Below, one piece after another: positions 8,758 through 16,900 of a stretch of DNA of 21,364 nt. The DNA lies in contig JAISHG010000107.1 of NCBI GenBank assembly GCA_031262685.1, positions 1 through 21,364 on the forward strand. The letters are read 5' to 3'. The notes beneath the pieces are model-generated. The model was not told the DNA's origin, did no database searches, and saw nothing but the letters and a program-made list of their open reading frames with translations. The stretch's first letter is position 1; each line of letters starts with the position of its first letter. The position numbers and the translations under genes are program-made. Source of the stretch: Lachnospiraceae bacterium. GTDB lineage: Bacteria > Bacillota > Clostridia > TANB77 > CAG-508.

Positions 8758-8786
8758 TTGTAAACACCTTAACTTTATAGTATACT
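8758..8786 (+). promoter_or_regulatory. Candidate promoter placing +1 on the ATG of the 127-aa ORF (leaderless geometry)
   Basis: TTGTAA, 17 nt, TATACT, with 6 nt between the -10 hexamer and A of ATG 8793. No Shine-Dalgarno sequence is present. Confidence 0.5.
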
Positions 8787-8792
8787 GGTACT

Positions 8793-9176
8793 ATGAAGCT
8801 TTGCTTTAAATTTGAATCATCTGGAGGCTTTGCGTACGCAATGAATACAGAGTACTTATCTGCTGGTTTTTATGTTGTTCTTTTTGACAATACAGACGAG
8901 TATGACACACTTTTTGTATCTGAAGGCAATTACGCATGTTCTGCAACTAAGGAGGATGACACATTATACTGTGGCTACTTTTCTAAGAGCTACAACAACA
9001 ACTCTATCACTTGTAAGATACCTGACGATTATGAAGATAACGATGATGATATTGAACGGTACACACCCAGAAAATTCATCATTATATCTCGTACCTTCGA
9101 CAACATAATTCAATTGTGGTTTGATCAATATTGTAAACGCTATGAAACTGGCATGTTTAGGTTGCGAAAATGGTAA
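8793..9176 (+). CDS. Hypothetical 127-aa acidic, Cys-containing protein; possibly leaderless
   Basis: The ORF is bracketed by a near-consensus promoter and a strong terminator. It is visibly GC-richer than its neighbours. C-ending codons counted by hand: TAC 7/12, GAC 6/13, AAC 5/8. It contains an acidic patch DDYEDNDDDIERY. I recognise no family. Confidence 0.55.
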   Translation: MKLCFKFESSGGFAYAMNTEYLSAGFYVVLFDNTDEYDTLFVSEGNYACSATKEDDTLYCGYFSKSYNNNSITCKIPDDYEDNDDDIERYTPRKFIIISRTFDNIIQLWFDQYCKRYETGMFRLRKW

Positions 9177-9206
9177 GCGGAAGCAGAAAAACCATCTATT
9201 TATTGC

Positions 9207-9246
9207 AAAAGAGAGAACTTGATAATTCAAGTCGCTCTCTTTTTTT
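9207..9246 (+). terminator. Rho-independent terminator after the 127-aa ORF
   Basis: AAAAGAGAGAACTTGA-TAAT-TCAAGTcgCTCTCTTTTTTT: a long stem with a 2-nt bulge, followed by a T7 run. Confidence 0.7.
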
Positions 9247-9275
9247 GTAAATACTAATTTTTTGCAAAAATTTGT

Positions 9276-9304
9276 TTGACAAACTTTTGATACTATGATA
9301 ATAT
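9276..9304 (+). promoter_or_regulatory. lexA promoter
   Basis: TTGACA, 17 nt, TAATAT with an upstream TG (extended -10), 30 nt before ATG 9334. The -35 is embedded in the palindrome GTTTGACAAAC (9274-9284). Confidence 0.55.
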
Positions 9305-9333
9305 GTTTTCAAAAAAATAAGGAGTGGTAAAAA

Positions 9334-9990
9334 ATGTCTAAAAGAAATTCAATGGAATTGAATAATAGAGAAAAGGATATACTAAAATTTATCGAAAAAC
9401 ACATAAAACAAAATAGTTATCCACCATCTGTTAGAGAAATAGGAAAAGCTGTTGGACTAACTTCAACTGCAACAGTTCATGCATACATTGCTAAACTTAT
9501 TAAAAAAGGCTATATAAAAAAAGAAGACCAAAAAGGTAGAACTTTAAAACTGTTAAAAGGTGGACTAGACCCTAAAGAATCTACTACAGGAAAACCTGTA
9601 TATTCAGACAAAGAACTAGCACTTGTTCCTGTTATAGGTAAAATTACTGCTGGAGAACCAATTTTAGCTGTAGAAAACATTACAGATACATTCCCAATTC
9701 CAATAGATTTTGTTGGAAATAGCGAGAGTTTTATGCTTACCGTCAGAGGAGAAAGCATGATAGAAGCTGGAATTCTAGATGGAGACTATATTTTAGTAAA
9801 ACGACAAAATACTGCTAATAACGGACAAATTGTTGTTGCTTTAATTGGCGAAGAAGCAACTGTGAAAACATTCTACAAAGAAACAGACCATATCCGCCTT
9901 CAACCAGAAAATAGCTCAATGGATCCTATAATTGTTCCAACTTGCGAAATATTAGGAAAAGTTGCTGGTGTATTTAGAAAAATTCATTAA
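9334..9990 (+). CDS. lexA: LexA repressor (SOS regulator, S24 self-cleaving peptidase)
   Basis: 218 aa. The N-terminal wHTH reads YPPSVREIGKAVGLTSTATVHAYIAKLIKKGYI. The cleavage site is A-G in GKITAGEPI, with catalytic Ser in RGESM and Lys in ATVKTF. AAGGAG RBS is present. Confidence 0.95.
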   Translation: MSKRNSMELNNREKDILKFIEKHIKQNSYPPSVREIGKAVGLTSTATVHAYIAKLIKKGYIKKEDQKGRTLKLLKGGLDPKESTTGKPVYSDKELALVPVIGKITAGEPILAVENITDTFPIPIDFVGNSESFMLTVRGESMIEAGILDGDYILVKRQNTANNGQIVVALIGEEATVKTFYKETDHIRLQPENSSMDPIIVPTCEILGKVAGVFRKIH

Positions 9991-10005
9991 TTAAGGAGGT
10001 TTTAT

Positions 10006-10725
10006 ATGACTCCACACAATGAAGCAAAAAAAGAAGAGATTTGTAAAACAGTTATAATGCCCGGGGACCCACTACGTGCAAAATATATTGCAGAAAACTT
10101 TTTACAAAATGCAAAATTAGTAAATTCAATAAGAGGCATGTATGCATATACGGGTACTTATAAAAACAAACCAATTACTGTTATGGCTCATGGAATGGGA
10201 ATTCCAAGCGCAGGAATATATATATACGAATTGTTTAAATTTTACGACGTAGATTCAATAATTCGTATTGGTTCTTGTGGCGCATTCGATAAAAACCTAA
10301 ATTTATTCGATACTATACTTGTAAATACAGCCTATACAGAAAGTAATTTTTCATATACTTTATATAACGAAAATGTAAAACAGTCTTCTTCAACAAGTTC
10401 TTTAAATTCTATAATAGAAACTGCTTCTATTACAGAAAAAATCCCTTTAATAAACGGGAATGTCCTATGTACAGATTGTTTCGACCCATATTTAAAAGAT
10501 GCAAGTTCTGTTATAAAACGTCAACCGCAAGGTTCCAACATTATAGCTTCAGAAATGGAATCATTTGTATTATTTTATCTTGCGCAAAAATTCAGTAAAA
10601 AAGCTTCTTGCTTATTAACTGTTGTAAATACAGTCGATGAAGCTACCGAAATACCAGCTGAACAAAGAGATAAATCTTTAAATAATATGATTGTTTTAGC
10701 GTTAAATTCGGCAGTAAATATATAG
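10006..10725 (+). CDS. deoD: Purine nucleoside phosphorylase, DeoD type
   Basis: 239 aa. MTPHNEA...VIMPGDPLRAKYIAENFL...VNSIRGM..YTGTYK...ITVMAHGMGIPSAGIY...IRIGSCGA closely parallels E. coli DeoD. AAGGAGG RBS is present and the start is 15 nt after the lexA stop. Confidence 0.9.
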   Translation: MTPHNEAKKEEICKTVIMPGDPLRAKYIAENFLQNAKLVNSIRGMYAYTGTYKNKPITVMAHGMGIPSAGIYIYELFKFYDVDSIIRIGSCGAFDKNLNLFDTILVNTAYTESNFSYTLYNENVKQSSSTSSLNSIIETASITEKIPLINGNVLCTDCFDPYLKDASSVIKRQPQGSNIIASEMESFVLFYLAQKFSKKASCLLTVVNTVDEATEIPAEQRDKSLNNMIVLALNSAVNI

Positions 10726-10739
10726 TCATAAACAAAAAA

Positions 10740-10764
10740 AGGGCGCAATCATGCGCCCCTACAA
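10740..10764. repeat. GC-rich hairpin repeat, copy A (AGGGCGCAATCATGCGCCCCTACAA); also a bidirectional terminator
   Basis: GGGCGC-AATCAT-GCGCCC stem-loop flanked by A7 on the left and GTTTTT on the right, between convergent deoD and the 3D-domain gene. The 25 nt are identical, in inverse orientation, to 13764-13788. Confidence 0.7.
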
Positions 10765-10785
10765 GTTTTTGCATCCTGTTTATTT

Positions 10786-11772
10786 TTACATATATATATA
10801 ACACTCTAAATTTTTTCTACCAAAATTAATTGCATCTGTATGTGTATTTAGGTAAATATCTATTTTTGAATCAGATATTGCTCCTCCTCTATCTTGAACT
10901 ACAAACCATCCACCATTCGGCTTATTTTTTAATGCTGGTATATACATTATTGTTCCCACTGGATATGACTTTCCTGCAGCTAAAGTATACCATGCCATTG
11001 CCTTCGCTCCAGATGATGTTATTCCATTTGTTTTTCCACAACATTTTAGACATGCACAATATGCTGAGGCATTCATTGTTTTGATTTCAGGTGTTTGCCC
11101 TGCTACAGCAGCTGCTAGTTTTGCCCCATCTGCATTACCAGATGTTCTACCCAATCCACTTCTTGAAGATATTACTTGCACCTGCACAATTTCATTTTTT
11201 GGTTCTTTTATTATTTCTGAAGATAACTCGACTCTATCTATTTCTATACTATTTTGGTATTTAACTTTATATGTTACTTTTCTTACTCCGTTTTCACCTG
11301 CTTGTAATACTCTCTCCGTACTACCACTTGCCCCGTTAGAAATATCCTTTGTTATTGTTTCGTACGGAATTATTTCTTCTATTTCTTCTATTACCTCTGT
11401 TACGGTACCATATGATTCTATAATTTCGTCTAACTCTACTTGCTCTCCAGTTTTGGCTAATTGTACAATTTGATTTGTCTCGCTTATTTTATATATTTTT
11501 ATTGTATTTAGGTTGTCTATTTGAGAATCTATAGTAGGAAGAACCGCTTCTCCCTCTGCTAATTCTATATTATTTTCTGCTAAAATTTCTGATACTTTTT
11601 CTTTAGTTGTAACTATATTTATTTCGTGTTTGTCGGCAAATTGTATTGTTATAGTTTTTAATGTATCTACATTGTTACTAGCTAGTACACCAATTCCCCA
11701 AAATAGCATTAGTATTAACATTAAATAAATTGTTCTTCTAAGTACTTCTGATGTGCCTTTATTCTTTTTCAT
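10786..11772 (-). CDS. YabE/RpfB-like cell-wall protein (N-terminal TM anchor, DUF348-like, G5, C-terminal 3D domain)
   Basis: 328 aa with TM anchor IYLMLILMLFWGIGVLA. The G5-like segment is VLQAGENGVRKVTYKVKYQNSIEIDRVELSSEIIKEPKNEIVQV. The 3D-domain C-terminus is NASAYCACLKCCGK...TSSG...VVQDRGGAISDSKIDIY. AAGGAG RBS is present. Confidence 0.9.
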   Translation of the reverse strand: MKKNKGTSEVLRRTIYLMLILMLFWGIGVLASNNVDTLKTITIQFADKHEINIVTTKEKVSEILAENNIELAEGEAVLPTIDSQIDNLNTIKIYKISETNQIVQLAKTGEQVELDEIIESYGTVTEVIEEIEEIIPYETITKDISNGASGSTERVLQAGENGVRKVTYKVKYQNSIEIDRVELSSEIIKEPKNEIVQVQVISSRSGLGRTSGNADGAKLAAAVAGQTPEIKTMNASAYCACLKCCGKTNGITSSGAKAMAWYTLAAGKSYPVGTIMYIPALKNKPNGGWFVVQDRGGAISDSKIDIYLNTHTDAINFGRKNLECYIYM

Positions 11773-11803
11773 AAGAATCTCCTTTCGAAATCGAACACAA
11801 AAT

Positions 11804-11832
11804 ATTATATATTATACCCATTTTTTTGTCAA
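11804..11832 (-). promoter_or_regulatory. Candidate consensus promoter for the 3D-domain gene
   Basis: Minus strand reads TTGACA, 17 nt, TATAAT, about 30 nt upstream of ATG 11772. Confidence 0.5.
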
Positions 11833-11855
11833 ATTTAACACATTATTTTTGATGC

Positions 11856-12594
11856 CTAAAACATTACAGCCACTACGCCTACAATAAATCCAATAATATT
11901 TCCTATTGAACCTAATCTTCCTTTATATATTTTCTTTGATTCTGGCACTAATTCACCAGTTACTATATAAAGCATTGCGCCTGCCGCAAAACTTAAACAT
12001 ACGCATATTACTTCTATAGATACTTTTCCCACTATTGCACCAAAAAATGCTCCAACTCCAGTTGTAACTCCAGATAATACTGTATATATCAATACTTTTT
12101 GGCTGCTCATTCCACCTTGCTTCATTGGTAAACTCATAGATATTCCTTCTGGAATATCGTGTAGTAAAATAGCAATAGCAAGAGAGAATCCTAGAGTTGT
12201 TGATGCATCAAATCCAGAACCTATGGCTAAACCCTCTGGGAAATTATGCAATGCCAACCCGCACTCCTACTGCAATTCCTGTTTTTAATAAACTTGTTTT
12301 TACATCTACTTTTCTTCTATCAAATTTTCCTTTAATAATATTATCGCAAAATATCATTATTATGACGCCAAAAATTATTCCGAATAAAACAATAACTATA
12401 TTAGATAAGTCTAATGCCTCGGGAATTAGGCTAAAACACACTACAGCAATCATTAACCCTGCTGCAAATTCTAATATAAAACTTAAGAATCTATTTGATT
12501 TTTTCTTTAGTTTTATACCAATATATCCGCCCAGCGCAGTTCCAACGGTACCAAAAAACAAACCTAAAACTGTTGTATTCAATATGTTAAACAT
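11856..12594 (-). pseudogene. ZIP-family (ZupT/GufA-like) divalent metal transporter interrupted by a single-base frameshift
   Basis: ORFs 12244..12594 (116 aa, MFNILNTTVLGLFFGTVGTALGG...) and 11856..12257 (133 aa, begins (L)ALHNFPEGLAIG, the ZIP signature) are the N and C halves. The frames differ by one nt within GTGCGGGTTGG (about 12255-12265). Dropping one base gives ...IAVGV(G/R)LALHNFPEG... Confidence 0.85.
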
Positions 12595-12708
12595 AAACTA
12601 GCTCCTTATAATATTTGCTTATTTAAACATATTAAAGTCAGCTTAGTTTTATTCTACTTTTTTATGTGGAGAGGCAAATCTTACGATAGTGTTAGGCATA
12701 TATTTAGG

Positions 12709-12739
12709 TTGTAGGGGCACCTGTAACGAAGGTGCCCTA
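12709..12739. repeat. GC-rich hairpin repeat, copy B (diverged)
   Basis: TTGTAGGGGCACC-TGTAACGAA-GGTGCCCTA shares the TTGTAGGGGC... and ...GCCCTA ends with copies A and C but has a different stem core and loop. No flanking T-run is present. Confidence 0.55.
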
Positions 12740-12784
12740 TGGTTCGCAGTGCTCACCACTACATGGTTTTTTTATAAATGCATA

Positions 12785-12832
12785 AAAACAACCTTAGATA
12801 TGGCTATTTAAAAGCATTTCTAAGGTTGTTTT
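12785..12832 (-). terminator. Hairpin terminator immediately 3' of tRNA-Arg
   Basis: AAAACAACCTTAG / CTAAGGTTGTTTT form a 13-bp perfect stem with a 22-nt loop. On the minus strand it is followed by TTTTTAT. Confidence 0.55.
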
Positions 12833-12834
12833 AT

Positions 12835-12911
<77 letters not shown>

Positions 12912-12931
12912 GTGAATAATTGACAAGAAAT

Positions 12932-12960
12932 ATCATAACACGCATTTTATTTCTTGTCAA
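12932..12960 (-). promoter_or_regulatory. tRNA-Arg promoter
   Basis: Minus strand reads TTGACA, 17 nt, TATGAT, 20 nt upstream of the mature tRNA 5' end. It is embedded in a 14-bp perfect inverted repeat (12918-12931 / 12949-12962). Confidence 0.55.
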
Positions 12961-12973
12961 TTGAAACCCCTTA

Positions 12974-13763
12974 TTATAAAACAATATTTTTTATAATATC
13001 TAAAACATCTTGATTTTCTAACTTAGAAATGGCAAAACATTTCTTACCTAAATCTTTTATAGAGGCTCCGCAATGATATAACGTATTACTGTCTATTATA
13101 ATAAATCTGTCATGAAATTTATTTGATTTTGCTATTTTTAATGTTCTGGTATTCTTTATTGAATTTTTCTACATCTAATTTTGATATATTACTTTTCTCC
13201 GATGTTAAAATTATCGCTTCGACATTTTTATTCTTCTTTACTAACATATTTAAAATGCTGTAATCAACATAGTTATCTATAATTACTATTTTTCTTTTGG
13301 CTTGTTTAATAATTTCTATAATCAAACTATATGCATCATATATTTGTCCTTCAAAAAACACTTTTTGCTTAAAACTTTCTTCTTTTTGTAATCTCTTAAA
13401 AACTTCTTCAAATTTTTTATCATATTCTAGCAATTTTTGATTAACGTTAATGATTTCTTTAAACATTTCTCCGTTAGAAACTAGAAATTGACGCATATCA
13501 ACAAATGCTCTAATTATATTTACACTTATTTTGATTGCAAGTTCATTCTTTAAAACTCCTGCTAACATTGCAATTCCTTGTTCTGTATAAACATATGGCA
13601 AATATCTTCTGCCCCCATGAGATTCTAATTGACTACTTGAGGTTCCAAATTGGAACCTCAAGTCATTAAATTCTTTTTGTGTTATTTGAAAACAAAAATT
13701 TTCTGGAAAACGCTTGATATTTCTTTTTATTTTTTCATTTATACGTTTGGTTTCACAATTATA
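12974..13763 (-). pseudogene. ORF6N/KilA-N-type DNA-binding protein gene, 5'-truncated and frameshifted near the 3' end
   Basis: The minus strand reads YNCETKRINEKIKRNIKRFPENFCFQITQKEFNDLRFQFGTSS..HGGRRYLPYVYTEQGIAMLAGVLKNELAIKISVNIIRAFVDMRQ. There is no ATG and the first ~30-40 residues of the domain are missing. The ORF-track piece 13119..13661 stops at TAA 13119-13121. The C-terminus FHDRFIIIDSNTLYHCGASIKDLGKKCFAISKLENQDVLDIIKNIVL continues in the +1 frame to TAA 12974-12976. Confidence 0.75.
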
Positions 13764-13788
13764 TTGTAGGGGCGCATGATTGCGCCCT
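13764..13788. repeat. GC-rich hairpin repeat, copy C (exact inverse of copy A)
   Basis: TTGTAGGGGCGCATGATTGCGCCCT is the exact reverse complement of 10740-10764. It begins exactly where homology of the ORF6N gene ends. Confidence 0.7.
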
Positions 13789-13817
13789 AAAATTATGTCT
13801 ATGCATTTAGAACTAAT

Positions 13818-13919
13818 AAAATTCGCTCCCGGGGCTTATGCAATAAATTTTTTCTCCGTCCCGACGGAGCTCCCTGCTCCGAAAAAATTTATTTGCATGG
13901 CACCCCTCGCGCGAATTCT
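13818..13919. other. GC-rich compound imperfect palindrome (~100 nt) just 3' of the giant gene; candidate terminator, stabiliser or miniature element
   Basis: The outer arms AAAATTCGC...TGCAATAAATTTTTTC and GAAAAAATTTATTTGCA...GCGAATTCT are largely complementary. The inner hairpin is CTCCGTC-CC-GACGGAG, with an alternative GGAGC-AGGGA-GCTCC on the minus strand. Confidence 0.5.
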
Positions 13920-13930
13920 TTAAAATACCT

Positions 13931-16900
13931 CTATTCCCATATTGCGTATAGAATTAAGATTGCATCTTCTTCGTACGTATTTCCTGGCATATATTCTGCT
14001 ATTGTTCCCGCTTGCTCGGTTGACCAGCCTGCAAATGCAAATCCGTCTCTTGTTGGCTGTCCTACTAACACTATGCCCTGTCCTGCTATCTTGTATTGTG
14101 CCTGTGGTGTGTTTGTTCCACCATTTGCATCATATGAGATTAGGTATTGTGTTACTGGATCGGTTGATGTGGATTCATCGCCTTGTTCCGGTAGGGCGGA
14201 ATCATCCGCCCCTACAACGTCTGACGGATCTGTTTGTACACCAATTGATGAGGTTAATTTTGTTGTTTCTAGGTTTTCTAATGTTGTGGTTGTTATTGTG
14301 TATCCGCTTCTTGGAGTCGCTGCATTTCCGCTTATTGCAGTAGCTCCTTTTACTTGTCCCCCATTTAATGTTAGGCTTCCACTATTTACTATACCTGCGG
14401 TGCTTCCTGCTATTGTTAGTTTTGTTTCTTCTACAGTTCTTGTAAGTACCCCGATATTTAAAGTTCCATTATTTTGAATACCTATTCCTGCTGTATTTTG
14501 TACTATTGCGTTTATTACTTCTCCTTCTAGTAATGCACTTGTGTCTATTATATCTACTACAGTTAATGTTCCGTTGTTTGTTATTAATGCTCCCTCAAAT
14601 ATGCCTCTTATTACGTATCCGTTCAAGTCTATTTTTATGTTCTTGCCGGCCGGTATTGTTATGCCTTCGTTTAAGTTTACGTCTGTACATATTTTTATTG
14701 TTTGCTCTGCTCCACCACTTGCACTAGCTATTGCTACATCTAAGGTATTATAATACACTCCGTTTAGCTCTGCTACTTGGGCAAACTCTGCGTCTACTTC
14801 TAGTGTTGCGGTTTTTCCATCATCTAGATTTTGTACTTTATGGTCATCTGCTACTTCTGATACTGCTCCGTATATTGCTCCACTTGGTCCTCTTATTATT
14901 CCGTCGTAGAATTTGAATGTTCCTGTGTTTTCTACTCCATAACTTGTTCCTGTTATTTCTGGATTTATTGTGCTCACTCTAGTAGCGTTGTCTCCTAATG
15001 TTAATGTACCTTCATTGTATATTGCTGAATATTTACTACTTCCAGTTGCTACGGAGCTTACTGTTCCTCCTGTTATTGTTGCTGTAGCTGTTTTTGAATC
15101 CATTCTTATTCCTATTTGTTCTGAACATACTTCTCCTCCTGTCATCATTAATGTTGCATTTGAAGAGATGTGTATTCCATGATACCTTGATACTACTTCT
15201 CCTCCGTTTATTTCTAATACGGAAGTACCCGTTATCTGTATTGCATAATTACTTGAACTCGTTGATTCTAATTTTCCTCCTTCTATTCTAGCTTTACTTG
15301 CACCTATTAAATATATTCCATTATCCGTAGCAGTTACTTTCCCTCCTGTTATTACTATATCAAAATCCGGAACATTGTTTGCATAAACACCATAATTTCC
15401 AGCTAATTCTCCACCGCTTATTTCTACAGTTCCCTTAGCTCCTGATATTATAGAAATTGCACTATTAGTATCTTTTACTATTCCATTTGTAAACTTAATC
15501 TCATTTCCTTCTCCTTCTACATAAATTGCTGCAGTTTCACTATTACCCATTCCCTCTGCACTTATTTCTCCTCCATTTACAGTTAGTTTTCCTCCCGCAT
15601 TATGTATTCCTCTTCCATGACAACTACTATAGCTCTTAGTTGTTTTCCCAAATATTTTTCCTCCATTTACTATAAGTTCTCCTGTATTATATATACCTAT
15701 ATTATCACTCTCAGAGTCAATTCCTTCTGCATTCTTTTCTCCTGAAATTGTTCCTCCGTTTACTATTAGTTTTCCACTATTACTTATTGCTATTTTTGCT
15801 ATATTGTTTGTAGAAATTGTTTTTATGGTTCCACTTTCTATCCTACTTATTCCGCTATTATCTAATACGCTTCCTACAAAGTTTTCTATTTTTCCCGATT
15901 TACTATCACTACTATCTATTATTACAAACGTTCCTTCATTTTTAAATATTGCATTATTTCGTGCAGTTATAGTATATCCTGCTAAATCCAATGTTATATT
16001 TTGACCTTCCCCTATTGTTACTAAATCTAATGGAGTAACTATGTTTCTTAGTAGCTGAATTGTATATTCATTTGTATTACAAGCTTCTACTGCTTCCAAA
16101 ATAGAACTATATGTTTCTTCTGTTTCTACTATTTTTACTGCTGATGCATTAGATAACACTGCTGTTTCTATTTGTTCTTCTGTATTCTTTGTTTTTATTA
16201 TATCGTACTCTTCTTCTAATTCACTCACTCCACCATATATAGCTTCATATCCATTTGTTCCTGTTATTATCCCATCATAGAATTTAAATGTTCCTGCATT
16301 AGATACACCATATTTTGTTCCTATTATTTCTGGATTTATTATACTTGGAGTTTCAGAGGCATCTTCTGCTATTTTTTCTCCTAATACTAATGTTCCTATA
16401 TTATTTATCGCTGTATTTTTTATTGTTCCATTTTGCCCCGAACTTACTTTTCCGCCAGTTATTATTGCTTTAGCATTAATAGTTCCTACATTTATTGCTA
16501 AACCAGTTTCTCCTATTACTTCTCCTCCGCTCATTTCTAATTGCGATGAATCTTTAAGGCTTATCGCACTATAATGAGTACCATTTACTTTAGTGTTTTT
16601 TATATTTCCTCCTGTTAATTCTATTTTACTTGACTTTGCCGCATCTATTCCATTGTATTCCCCAAATACTGTGCCTCCTTCTATTTTTATTGTGCTTTCT
16701 CCTGATAAGTATATTCCAGTTGAACCTTCTATTAATGTTTGAATATTTTCATTTACTTCTTTTATTATTATTTCTCCTGTATTATTTGGTACATAAATTC
16801 CATCTTGTCCTTCTATTTTTCCGCCTTCTATTACTAAGTTTACATTGCTATTATTAGCAATATGTATGCCATAAGCAGTACCTGCAGTGCCTCCTGTAAT

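Noticed and set aside
8872-9230. ORFs 8872..9108 (+, 78 aa) and 8964..9230 (-, 88 aa)
   Set aside because: Both overlap the 127-aa ORF, which alone is framed by a promoter and terminator. The minus ORF runs through the terminator hairpin. They are kept only as evidence that the region is unusually stop-poor in several frames.
9510-9758. 82-aa minus-strand ORF
   Set aside because: It is antisense inside lexA.
10830-11473. Plus-strand ORFs 10830..11084 and 11081..11473
   Set aside because: They are antisense inside the DUF348-G5-3D gene and have hydrophobic low-complexity products.
12197-12601. 134-aa plus-strand ORF
   Set aside because: It is antisense across both halves of the ZIP transporter gene.
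12595-12834. Possible riboswitch, small RNA or tRNA-like element in the 240-nt region between tRNA-Arg and the ZIP gene start (contains GGTTCGCAGTGCTCACCAC and a run ending CATGGTTTTTTT)
   Set aside because: I could not fold a convincing extended structure beyond hairpin copy B. I see no core motifs of the Mn (yybP-ykoY), NiCo, fluoride, ZTP, c-di-GMP or T-box classes. The GGTTCG... stretch lacks a matching acceptor stem. An Infernal/Rfam scan would settle it.
13755-13800. ATAATT direct repeat on both sides of hairpin copy C as a target-site duplication
   Set aside because: An AT-only 6-mer is expected by chance in DNA this AT-rich. Excising the element does not restore an ORF6N N-terminus in any frame.
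13818-13919. Small SRP (4.5S-like) RNA or group II intron domain V
   Set aside because: The long hairpin is superficially similar to both. However, the apical region lacks the GGAA tetraloop and AGCAGCC/AGG symmetric-loop motifs of SRP RNA, and also lacks the domain V consensus.
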